Below the pieces are notes generated by a model, which was given only the letters and a program-made list of their open reading frames with translations, was not told the origin of the DNA and searched no databases. DNA of 64,000 nt from Eledone cirrhosa. Its lineage: Eukaryota. The stretch spans positions 12,586,001 through 12,650,000 of the forward strand of contig OZ024740.1 of the NCBI GenBank assembly GCA_964016885.1, read 5' to 3'. This document shows positions 1 through 12,130 of the stretch, one piece after another (positions within the stretch are counted from its first letter, which is position 1; every line of letters begins with the position of its first letter). Both the position numbers and the translations under genes were made by a program.

Positions 1-3000
1 TGTCTCTAGTCTATTATCGTGTCACTAGTCTAATGTCTCTAGTCTAATATCTTGTCTCTAGTCTAACGTCTTGTCTCTAGTCTAATGTCTCTAGTCTAAT
101 ATCTTGTCTCTAGTCTAATGTCTCTAGTCTAATATCTTGTCACTAGTCTAATGTCTCTAGTCTAATGTCTTGTCTCTAATATAATGTCTTGTCTCTAGTC
201 TAATGTCTCTAGTCTAATGTCTTGTCTCTAGTCTAATATCTTGTCTCTAGTCTAATGCCTTGTCTCTAGTCTAATATCTTGTCTCTAGTCTAATGTCTTG
301 TCTCTAGTCTAATGTCTCTAGTCTAATGTCTTGTCTCTAGTCTAATGTCTCTAGTCTAATGTCTTGTTTCTAGTCTAATGTCTCTAGTCTAATGTCTTGT
401 CTCTAGTCTAATATCTTGTCTCTAGTCTAATGTCTCTAGTCTAATGTCTTGTCTCTAGTCTAATGTCTCTTATCTAATGTCTTGTCTCTAGTCTAATACC
501 TTGTCTCTAGTCTAATGTCTCTAGTCTAATGTCTTGTCTCTAGTCTAATATCTTGTCTCTAGTCTAATGTCTCTAGTCAAATGTCTCTAGTCTAATGTCT
601 TGTCTCTAGTCTAATGTCTCTAGTCTAATGTCTTGTCTCTAGTCTAATGTCTCTAGTCTAATGTCTTGTCTCTAGTCTAATATCTTGTCTCTAGTCTAAT
701 GTCTCTAGTCTAATGTCTTGTCTCTGGTCTAATGTCTCTAGTCTAATGTCTTGTCTCTAGTCTAATGTCTCTAGTCTAATGTCTTGTCTCTAGTCTAATG
801 TCTCTAGTCTAATGTCTTGTCTCTAGTCTAATATCTTGTCTCTAGTCTAAAGTCTCTAGTCTAATGTCTTGTCTCTAGTCTAATGTCTCTAGTCTAATGT
901 CTTGCCTCTAGTCTAATGTCTTGTCTCTAGTCTAATGTCTCTAGTCTAATATCTTGCCTCTAGTCTAATGTCTCTAGTCTAATGTCTTGTCTCTAGTCTA
1001 ATGTCTCTAGTCTAATGTCTTGTCTCTAGTCTAATGTCTCTAGTCTAATGTCTTGTCTCTAGTCTAATATCTTGTCTCTAGTCTAATGTCTCTAGTCTAA
1101 TGTCTTGTCTCTAGTCTAATATCTTGTCTCTAGTCTAATGTCTCTAGTCTAATGTCTTGTGACTAGTCTAATGTCTTGTCTCTAGTCTAATGTCTCTAGT
1201 CTAATGTCTTGTCTCTAGTCTAACGTCTTGTCTCTAGTCTAATGTCTCTAGTCTAATGTCTCTAGTCTAATGTCTCTAGTCTAATGTCTTGTCTCTAGTC
1301 TAATGTCTCTAGTCTAATGTCTTGTCTCTAGTCTAATGTCTTGTCTCTAGTCTAATATCTTGACTCTAGTCTAATGTCTTGTCTCTTGTCTAATGTCTCT
1401 AGTCTAATGTCTTGTCTCTAGTCTAATGTCTCTAGTCTAATGTCTTGTCTCTAGTCTAATGTCTTGTCTCTAGTCTAATATCTTGTCTCTAGTCTAATGT
1501 CTTGTCTCTAGTCTAATGTCTGGTCTCTAGTCTAATATCTTGTCTCTAGTCTAATGAATTGTCTCTAGTCTAATGTCTCTAGTCTAATGTCTTGTCTCTA
1601 GTCTAATGTCTCTAGTCTAATGTCTCTAGTCTAATGTCTTGTCTCTAGTCTAATGTCTTGTCTCTAGTCTAACGTCTTGTCTCTAGTCTAATGTCTCTAG
1701 TCTAATATCTTGTCTCTAGTCTAATGTCTCTAGTCTAATATCTTGTCACTAGTCTAATGTCTCTAGTCTAATATCTTGTCTCTAGTCTAACGTCTTGTCT
1801 CTAGTCTAATGTCTCTAGTCTAATATCTTGTCTCTAGTCTAATGTCTCTAGTCTAATAACTTGTCACTAGTCTAATGTCTCTAGTCTAATGTCTTGTCTC
1901 TAGTCTAATGTCTTGTCTCTAGTCTAATGTCTCTAGTCTAATGTCTTGTCTCTAGTCTAATATCTTGTCTCTAGTCTAATGTCTTGTCTCTAGTCTAATG
2001 TCTCTAGTCTAATGTCTTGTTTCTAGTCTAATGTCTCTAGTCTAATGTCTTGTCTCTAGTCTAATAGCTTGTCTCTAGTCTAATGTCTTGTCTCTAGTCT
2101 AATGTCTCTAGTCTAATGTCTTGTCTCTAGTCTAATATCTTGTCTCTAGTCGAATGTCTTGTCTCTAGTCTAATGTCTCTCGTCTAATGTCTTGTTTCTA
2201 GTCTAATGTCTTGTCTCTAGTCTAATATCTTGTCTCTAGTCTAATGTCTCTAGTCTAATGTCTTGTCTCTAGTCTAATGTCTCTAGTCTAATGTCTTGTC
2301 TCTAGTCTAATGTCTCTAGTCTAATGTCTTGTCTCTAGTCTAATGTCTTGTCTCTAGTCTAATATCTTGACTCTAGTCTAATGTCTTGTCTCTTGTCTAA
2401 TGTCTCTAGTCTAATGTCTTGTCTCTAGTCTAACGTCTCTAGTCTAATGTCTTGTCACTAGTCTAATGTCTTGTCTCTAGTCTAATATCTTGTCTCTAGT
2501 CTAATGTCTTGTCTCTAGTCTAATGTCTCTCGTCTAATGTCTTGTCTCTAGTCTAATGTCTCTAGTCTAATGTCTGGTCTCTAGTCTAATATCTTGTCTC
2601 TAGTCTAATGAATTGTCTCTAGTCTAATGTCTCTAGTCTAATGTCTTGTCTCTAGTCTAATGTCTCTAGTCTAATGTCTCTAGTCTAATGTCTTGTCTCT
2701 AGTCTAATGTCTTGTCTCTAGTCTAATGTCTCTAGTCTAATGTTTCTAGTCTAATGTCTGGTTTCTAGTCTAATGTCTTGTTTCTAGTCTAATGTCTCTA
2801 GTCTAATGTCTTGTCTCTAGTCTAAAATCTTGTCTCTAGTCTAATGTCTTGTCTGTAGTCTAATGTCTTGTCTCTAGTCTAATGTCTCTTGTCTAATGTC
2901 TTGTCTCTAGTCTAATATCTTGTCTCTAGTCTAATGTCTTGTCTCTAGTCTAATGTCTCTAGTCTAATGTCTTGTCTCTAGTCTAATGTCTTGTCTCTAG

Positions 3001-6000
3001 TCTAATATCTTGTCTCTAGTCTAATGTCTTGTCTCTAGTCTAATGTCTCTAGTCTAATGTCTTGTTTCTAGTCTAATGTCTCTAGTCTAATGTCTTGTCT
3101 CTAGTCTAATATCTTGTCTCTAGTCTAATGTCTCTAGTCTAATGTCTTGTCTCTAGTCTAATGTCTTGTCTCTAGTCTAATATCTTGTCTCTAGTCTAAA
3201 GTCTCTAGTCTAATGTTTAGTCTCTAGTCTAATATCTTGTCTCTAGTCTAATGTCTCTAGTCTAATGTCTTTGTCTCTAGTCTAATGTCTTGTCTCTAGT
3301 CTAATGTCTCTAGACTAATGTCTTGTCTCTAGTCTAATGTCTCTAGTCTAATGTCTTATCTCTAGTCTAATGTCTCTAGTCTAATGTCTTGTCTCTAGTC
3401 TAATATCTCGTCTCTAGTCTAATGTCTCTAGTCTAATGTCTTGTCTCTAGTCTAATATCTTGTCTCTAGTCTAATGTCTCTAGTCTAATGTCTTGTCTCT
3501 AGTCTAATATATTGTCTCTATTCTAATGTCTCTAGTCTAATGTCTTGTCTCTAGTCTAATGTCTTGTCTCTAGTCTAATGTCTCTAGTCTAATGTCTTGT
3601 CTCTAGTCTAACGTCTTGTCTTTAGTCTAATGTCTCTAGTCTAATGTCTCTAGTGTAATGTCTTGTCTCTAGTCTAATGTCTTGTCTCTAATCTAATGTC
3701 TTGTCTCTAGTCTAATGTCTCTAGTCTAATGTCTTGTCTCTAGTCTAATATCTTGTCTCTAGTCTAATGTCTTGTCTATAGTCTAATGTCTCTAGTCTAA
3801 TGTCTTGTCTCTAGTCTAATATCTTGTCTCTAGTCTAATGTCTTGTCTCTAGTCTAATGTCTCTAGTCTAATGTCTTGTCTCTAGTCTAATGTCTTGTCT
3901 CTAGTCTAACGTCTTGTCTCTAGTGTAATGTCTTGTCTCTAGTCTAACGTCTTGTCTCTAGTCTAACGTCTTGTCTCTAGTCTAATGTCTCTAGTCTAAT
4001 ATCTTGTCTCTAGTCTAATGTCTCTAGTCTAATATCTTGTCACTAGTCTAATGTCTCTAGTCTAATATCTTGTCTCTAGTCTAACGTCTTGTCTCTAGTC
4101 TAATGTCTCTAGTCTAATATCTTGTCTCTAGTCTAATGTCTCTAGTCTAATAACTTGTCACTAGTCTAATGTCTCTAGTCTAATGTCTTGTCTCTAGTCT
4201 AATGTCTTGTCTCTAGTCTAATGTCTCTAGTCTAATGTCTTGTCTCTAGTCTAATATCTTGTCTCTAGTCTAATGTCTTGTCTCTAGTCTAATGTCTCTA
4301 GTCTAATGTCTTGTTTCTAGTCTAATGTCTCTAGTCTAATGTCTTGTCTCTAGTCTAATAGCTTGTCTCTAGTCTAATGTCTTGTCTCTAGTCTAATGTC
4401 TCTAGTCTAATGTCTTGTCTCTAGTCTAATATCTTGTCTCTAGTCGAATGTCTTGTCTCTAGTCTAATGTCTCTCGTCTAATGTCTTGTTTCTAGTCTAA
4501 TGTCTCTAGTCTAATGTCTTGTCTCTAGTCTAATATCTTGTCTCTAGTCAAATGTCTCTAGTCTAATGTCTTGTCTCTAGTCTAATGTCTCTAGTCTAAT
4601 GCCTTGTCTCTAGTCTAATGTCTCTAGTCTAATGTCTTGTCTCTAGTCTAATATCTTGTCTCTAGTCTAATGTCTCTAGTCTAATGTCTCTAGTCTAATG
4701 TCTTGTCTCTAGTCTAATATCTTGTCTCTAGTCTAATGTCTCTAGTCTAATGTCTTGTCTCTAGTCTAATGTCTCTAGTCTAATGTCTTGTCTCTAGTCT
4801 AATATCTTGTCTCTAGTCTAATGTCTCTAGTCTAATGTCTTGTCTCTAGTCTAATGTCTCTAGTCTAATGTCTTGTCTCTAGTCTAATGTCTCTAGTCTA
4901 ATATCTTGTCTCTAGTCTAATGTCTCTAGTCTAATGTCTTGTCTCTAGTCTAATGTCTCTAGTCTAATGTCTGGTCTCTAGTCTAATATCTTGTCTCTAG
5001 TCTAATGAATTGTCTCTAGTCTAATGTCTCTAGTCTAATGTCTTGTCTCTAGTCTAATGTCTCTAGTCTAATGTCTCTAGTCTAATGTTTCTAGTCTAAT
5101 GTCTTGTTTCTAGTCTAATGTCTCTAGTCTAATGTCTTGTCTCTAGTCTAATATATTGTCTCTAGTCTAATGTCTTGTCGCTAGTCTAATGTCTCTAGTG
5201 TAATGTCTTGTCTCTTGTCTAATGTCTTGTCTCTAGTCTAATGTCTTGTCTCTAGTCTAATGTCTCTTGTCTAATGTCTTGTCTCTAGTCTAATATCTTG
5301 TCTCTAGTCTAATGTCTTGTCTCTAGTCTAATGTCTCTAGTCTAATGTCTTGTTTCTAGTCTAATGTCTCTAATCTCATGTCTTGTCTCTAGTCTAATAT
5401 CTTGTCTCTAGTCTAATGTCTTGTCTCTAGTCTAATGTCTCTAGTCTAATGTCTTGTCTCTAGTCTAATATCTTGTCTCTAGTCTAATGTCTTGTCTCTA
5501 GTTTAATGTCTCTAGTCTAATGTCTTGTTTCTAGTCTAATGTCTCTAGTCTAATGCCTTGTCTCTAGTCTAATATCTTGTCTCTAGTCTAATGTCTCTAG
5601 TCTAATGTCTTGTCTCTAGTCTAATGTCTTGTCTCTAGTCTAATATCTTGTCTCTAGTCTAATGTCTCTAGTCTAATGTCTTGTCTCTAGTCTAATATAT
5701 TGTCTCTTGTCTAATGTCTCTAGTCTAACGTCTTTGTCTCTAGTCTAATGTCTCTAGTCTAATGTCTCTAGTCTAATGTCTTGTCTCTAGTCTAATGTCT
5801 CTACTCTAATGTCTTGTCTCTAGTCTAATATCTTGTCTCTAGTCTAATGTCTCTAGTCTAATGTCTTATCTCTAGTCTAATGTCTTGTCTCTAGTCTAAT
5901 GTCTCTAGTCTAATATCTTGTCTATAGTCTACTGTCTCTAGACTAATGTCTTGTCTCTAGTCTAATGTCTCTAGTCTAATGTCTTGTCTCTAGTCTAATG

Positions 6001-6499
6001 TCTCTAGTCTAATGTCTTGTCTCTAGTCTAACATCTCGTCTCTAGTCTAATGTCTCTAGTCTAATGTCTTGTCTCTAGTCTAATATCTTGTCTCTAGTCT
6101 AATGTCTCTAGTCTAATGTCTTGTCTCTAGTCTAATATATTGTCTCTAGTCTAATGTCTCTAGTCTAATGTCTTGTCTCTAGTCTAATGTCTTGTCTCTA
6201 GTCTAATGTCTCTAGTCTAATGTCTTGTCTCTAGTCTAACGTCTTGTCTTTAGTCTAATGTCTCTAGTCTAATGTCTCTAGTGTAATGTCTTGTCTCTAG
6301 TCTAATGTCTTGTCTCTAATCTAATGTCTTGTCTCTAGTCTAATGTCTCTAGTCTAATGTCTTGTCTCTAGTCTAATATCTTGTCTCTAGTCTAATGTCT
6401 TGTCTCTAGTCTAATGTCTCTAGTCTAATGTCTTGTTTCTAGTCTAATGTCTCTAGTCTAATGTCTTGTCTCTAGTCTAATATCTTGTCTCTAGTCTAA

Positions 6500-9400
6500 T
6501 GTCTTGTCTCTAGTCTAATGTCTCTAGTCTAATGTCTTGTCTCTAGTCTAACGTCTTGTCTCTAGTCTAATGTCTCTAGTCTAATGTCTTGTCTCTAGTC
6601 TAACGTCTTGTCTTTAGTCTAATGTCTCTAGTCTAATGTCTCTAGTGTAATGTCTTGTCTCTAGTCTAATGTCTTGTCTCTAATCTAATGTCTTGTCTCT
6701 AGTCTAATGTCTCTAGTCTAATGTCTTGTCTCTAGTCTAATATCTTGTCTCTAGTCTAATGTCTTGTCTATAGTCTAATGTCTCTAGTCTAATGTCTTGT
6801 CTCTAGTCTAATATCTTGTCTCTAGTCTAATGTCTTGTCTTAGTCTAATGTCTCTAGTCTAATGTCTTGTCTCTAGTCTAACGTCTTGTCTCTAGTCTAA
6901 TGTCTCTAGTGTAATGTCTTGTCTCTAGTCTAATGTCTTGTCTCTAGTCTAACGTCTTGTCTCTAGTCTAATGTCTCTAGTCTAATGTCTTGTTTCTAGT
7001 CTAATGTCTCTAGTCTAATGTCTTGTCTCTAGTCTAATATCTTGTCTCTAGTCTAATGTCTCTAGTCTAATATCTTGTCTCTAGTCTAATGTCTCTAGTC
7101 TAATATCTTGTCACTAATCTAATGTCTCTAGTCTAATATCTTGTCTCTAGTCTAACGTCTTGTCTCTAGTCTAATGTCTCTAGTCTAATATCTTGTCTCT
7201 AGTCTAATGTCTCTAGTCTAATAACTTGTCACTAGTCTAATGTCTCTAGTCTAATGTCTTGTCTCTAGTCTAATGTCTTGTCTCTAGTCTAATGTCTCTA
7301 GTCTAATGTCTTGTCTCTAGTCTAATATCTTGTCTCTAGTCTAATATCTTGTCTCTAGTCTAATGTCTCTAGTCTAATGTCTTGTTTCTAGTCTAATGTC
7401 TCTAGTCTAATGTCTTGTCTCTAGTCTAATAGCTTGTCTCTAGTCTAATGTCTTGTCTCTAGTCTAATGTCTCTAGTCTAATGTCTTGTCTCTAGTCTAA
7501 TATCTTGTCTCTAGTCGAATGTCTTGTCTCTAGTCTAATGTCTCTCGTCTAATGTCTTGTTTCTAGTCTAATGTCTCTAGTCTAATGTCTTGTCTCTAGT
7601 CTAATATCTTGTCTCTAGTCAAATGTCTCTAGTCTAATGTCTTGTCTCTAGTCTAATGTCTCTAGTCTAATGTCTTGTCTCTAGTCTAATGTCTCTAGTC
7701 TAATGTCTTGTCTCTAGTCTAATATCTTGTCTCTAGTCTAATGTCTCTAGTCTAATGTCTCTAGTCTAATGTCTTGTCTCTAGTCTAATATCTTGTCTCT
7801 AGTCTAATGTCTCTAGTCTGATGTCTTGTCTCTAATCTAATGTCTCTAGTCTAATGTCTCTAGTCTAATGTCTTGTCTCTAGTCTAATATCTTGTCTCTA
7901 GTCTAATGTCTCTAGTCTAATGTCTTGTCTCTAGTCTAATGTCTCTAGTCTAATATCTTGTCTCTAGTCTAATGTCTCTAGTCTAATGTCTTGTTTCTAG
8001 TCTAATGTCTCTAGTCTAATGTCTTGTCTCTAGTCTAATATCTTGTCTCTAGTCTAATGTCTTGTCGCTAGTCTAATGTCTCTAGTGTAATGTCTTGTCT
8101 CTTGTCTAATGTCTTGTCTCTAGTCTAATGTCTTGTCTCTAGTCTAATGTCTCTTGTCTAATGTCTTGTCTCTAGTCTAATATCTTGTCTCTAGTCTAAT
8201 GTCTTGTCTCTAGTCTAATGTCTCTAGTCTAATGTCTTGTTTCTAGTCTAATGTCTCTAATCTCATGTCTTGTCTCTAGTCTAATATCTTGTCTCTAGTC
8301 TAATGTCTTGTCTCTAGTCTAATGTCTCTAGTCTAATGTCTTGTCTCTAGTCTAATATCTTGTCTCTAGTCTAATGTCTTGTCTCTAGTTTAATGTCTCT
8401 AGTCTAATGTCTTGTTTCTAGTCTAATGTCTCTAGTCTAATGTCTTGTCTCTAGTCTAATATCTTGTCTCTAGTCTAATGTCTCTAGTCTAATGTCTTGT
8501 CTCTAGTCTAATGTCTTGTCTCTAGTCTAATATCTTGTCTCTAGTCTAATGTCTCTAGTCTAATGTCTTGTCTCTAGTCTAATATATTGTCTCTTGTCTA
8601 ATGTCTCTAGTCTAACGTCTTTGTCTCTAGTCTAATGTCTCTAGTCTAATGTCTCTAGTCTAATGTCTTGTCTCTAGTCTAATGTCTCTACTCTAATGTC
8701 TTGTCTCTAGTCTAATATCTTGTCTCTAGTCTAATGTCTCTAGTCTAATGTCTTATCTCTAGTCTAATGTCTTGTCTCTAGTCTAATGTCTCTAGTCTAA
8801 TATCTTGTCTATAGTCTACTGTCTCTAGACTAATGTCTTGTCTCTAGTCTAATGTCTCTAGTCTAATGTCTTGTCTCTAGTCTAATGTCTCTAGTCTAAT
8901 GTCTTGTCTCTAGTCTAATATCTCGTCTCTAGTCTAATGTCTCTAGTCTAATGTCTTGTCTCTAGTCTAATATCTTGTCTCTAGTCTAATGTCTCTAGTC
9001 TAATGTCTTGTCTCTAGTCTAATATATTGTCTCTAGTCTAATGTCTCTAGTCTAATGTCTTGTCTCTAGTCTAATGTCTTGTCTCTAGTCTAATGTCTCT
9101 AGTCTAATGTCTTGTCTCTAGTCTAACGTCTTGTCTTTAGTCTAATGTCTCTAGTCTAATGTCTCCAGTGTAATGACTTGTCTCTAGTCTAATGTCTTGT
9201 CTCTAATCTAATGTCTTGTCTCTAGTCTAATGTCTCTAGTCTAATGTCTTGTCTCTAGTCTAACGTCTTGTCTCTAGTCTAATGTCTCTAGTCTAATGTC
9301 TTGTCTCTAGTCTAACGTCTTGTCTTTAGTCTAATGTCTCTAGTCTAATGTCTCTAGTGTAATGTCTTGTCTCTAGTCTAATGTCTTGTCTCTAATCTAA

Positions 9401-12130
9401 TGTCTTGTCTCTAGTCTAATGTCTCTAGTCTAATGTCTTGTCTCTAGTCTAATATCTTGTCTCTAGTCTAATGTCTTGTCTATAGTCTAATGTCTCTAGT
9501 CTAATGTCTTGTCTCTAGTCTAATATCTTGTCTCTAGTCTAATGTCTTGTCTTAGTCTAATGTCTCTAGTCTAATGTCTTGTCTCTAGTCTAACGTCTTG
9601 TCTCTAGTCTAATGTCTCTAGTGTAATGTCTTGTCTCTAGTCTAATGTCTTGTCTCTAGTCTAACGTCTTGTCTCTAGTCTAATGTCTCTAGTCTAATGT
9701 CTTGTTTCTAGTCTAATGTCTCTAGTCTAATGTCTTGTCTCTAGTCTAATATCTTGTCTCTAGTCTAATGTCTCTAGTCTAATATCTTGTCTCTAGTCTA
9801 ATGTCTCTAGTCTAATATCTTGTCACTAATCTAATGTCTCTAGTCTAATATCTTGTCTCTAGTCTAACGTCTTGTCTCTAGTCTAATGTCTCTAGTCTAA
9901 TATCTTGTCTCTAGTCTAATGTCTCTAGTCTAATAACTTGTCACTAGTCTAATGTCTCTAGTCTAATGTCTTGTCTCTAGTCTAATGTCTTGTCTCTAGT
10001 CTAATGTCTCTAGTCTAATGTCTTGTCTCTAGTCTAATATCTTGTCTCTAGTCTAATATCTTGTCTCTAGTCTAATGTCTCTAGTCTAATGTCTTGTTTC
10101 TAGTCTAATGTCTCTAGTCTAATGTCTTGTCTCTAGTCTAATAGCTTGTCTCTAGTCTAATGTCTTGTCTCTAGTCTAATGTCTCTAGTCTAATGTCTTG
10201 TCTCTAGTCTAATATCTTGTCTCTAGTCGAATGTCTTGTCTCTAGTCTAATGTCTCTCGTCTAATGTCTTGTTTCTAGTCTAATGTCTCTAGTCTAATGT
10301 CTTGTCTCTAGTCTAATATCTTGTCTCTAGTCAAATGTCTCTAGTCTAATGTCTTGTCTCTAGTCTAATGTCTCTAGTCTAATGTCTTGTCTCTAGTCTA
10401 ATGTCTCTAGTCTAATGTCTTGTCTCTAGTCTAATATCTTGTCTCTAGTCTAATGTCTCTAGTCTAATGTCTCTAGTCTAATGTCTTGTCTCTAGTCTAA
10501 TATCTTGTCTCTAGTCTAATGTCTCTAGTCTGATGTCTTGTCTCTAATCTAATGTCTCTAGTCTAATGTCTCTAGTCTAATGTCTTGTCTCTAGTCTAAT
10601 ATCTTGTCTCTAGTCTAATGTCTCTAGTCTAATGTCTTGTCTCTAGTCTAATGTCTCTAGTCTAATATCTTGTCTCTAGTCTAATGTCTCTAGTCTAATG
10701 TCTTGTTTCTAGTCTAATGTCTCTAGTCTAATGTCTTGTCTCTAGTCTAATATCTTGTCTCTAGTCTAATGTCTTGTCGCTAGTCTAATGTCTCTAGTGT
10801 AATGTCTTGTCTCTTGTCTAATGTCTTGTCTCTAGTCTAATGTCTTGTCTCTAGTCTAATGTCTCTTGTCTAATGTCTTGTCTCTAGTCTAATATCTTGT
10901 CTCTAGTCTAATGTCTTGTCTCTAGTCTAATGTCTCTAGTCTAATGTCTTGTTTCTAGTCTAATGTCTCTAATCTCATGTCTTGTCTCTAGTCTAATATC
11001 TTGTCTCTAGTCTAATGTCTTGTCTCTAGTCTAATGTCTCTAGTCTAATGTCTTGTCTCTAGTCTAATATCTTGTCTCTAGTCTAATGTCTTGTCTCTAG
11101 TTTAATGTCTCTAGTCTAATGTCTTGTTTCTAGTCTAATGTCTCTAGTCTAATGTCTTGTCTCTAGTCTAATATCTTGTCTCTAGTCTAATGTCTCTAGT
11201 CTAATGTCTTGTCTCTAGTCTAATGTCTTGTCTCTAGTCTAATATCTTGTCTCTAGTCTAATGTCTCTAGTCTAATGTCTTGTCTCTAGTCTAATATATT
11301 GTCTCTTGTCTAATGTCTCTAGTCTAACGTCTTTGTCTCTAGTCTAATGTCTCTAGTCTAATGTCTCTAGTCTAATGTCTTGTCTCTAGTCTAATGTCTC
11401 TACTCTAATGTCTTGTCTCTAGTCTAATATCTTGTCTCTAGTCTAATGTCTCTAGTCTAATGTCTTATCTCTAGTCTAATGTCTTGTCTCTAGTCTAATG
11501 TCTCTAGTCTAATATCTTGTCTATAGTCTACTGTCTCTAGACTAATGTCTTGTCTCTAGTCTAATGTCTCTAGTCTAATGTCTTGTCTCTAGTCTAATGT
11601 CTCTAGTCTAATGTCTTGTCTCTAGTCTAATATCTCGTCTCTAGTCTAATGTCTCTAGTCTAATGTCTTGTCTCTAGTCTAATATCTTGTCTCTAGTCTA
11701 ATGTCTCTAGTCTAATGTCTTGTCTCTAGTCTAATATATTGTCTCTAGTCTAATGTCTCTAGTCTAATGTCTTGTCTCTAGTCTAATGTCTTGTCTCTAG
11801 TCTAATGTCTCTAGTCTAATGTCTTGTCTCTAGTCTAACGTCTTGTCTTTAGTCTAATGTCTCTAGTCTAATGTCTCCAGTGTAATGACTTGTCTCTAGT
11901 CTAATGTCTTGTCTCTAATCTAATGTCTTGTCTCTAGTCTAATGTCTCTAGTCTAATGTCTTGTCTCTAGTCTAACGTCTTGTCTCTAGTCTAATGTCTC
12001 TAGTCTAATGTCTTGTCTCTAGTCTAACGTCTTGTCTTTAGTCTAATGTCTCTAGTCTAATGTCTCTAGTGTAATGTCTTGTCTCTAGTCTAATGTCTTG
12101 TCTCTAATCTAATGTCTTGTCTCTAGTCTA
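6500..12130. repeat. Near-identical tandem duplication of a 2,712-bp higher-order unit
   Basis: Rare markers recur at exactly +2,712: 2-bp deletion monomer TGTCTTAG (6841/9553), GTCGAA (7517/10229), CCAGTGTAATGACT (9165/11877), AACGTC (6552/9264). Confidence 0.9.
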
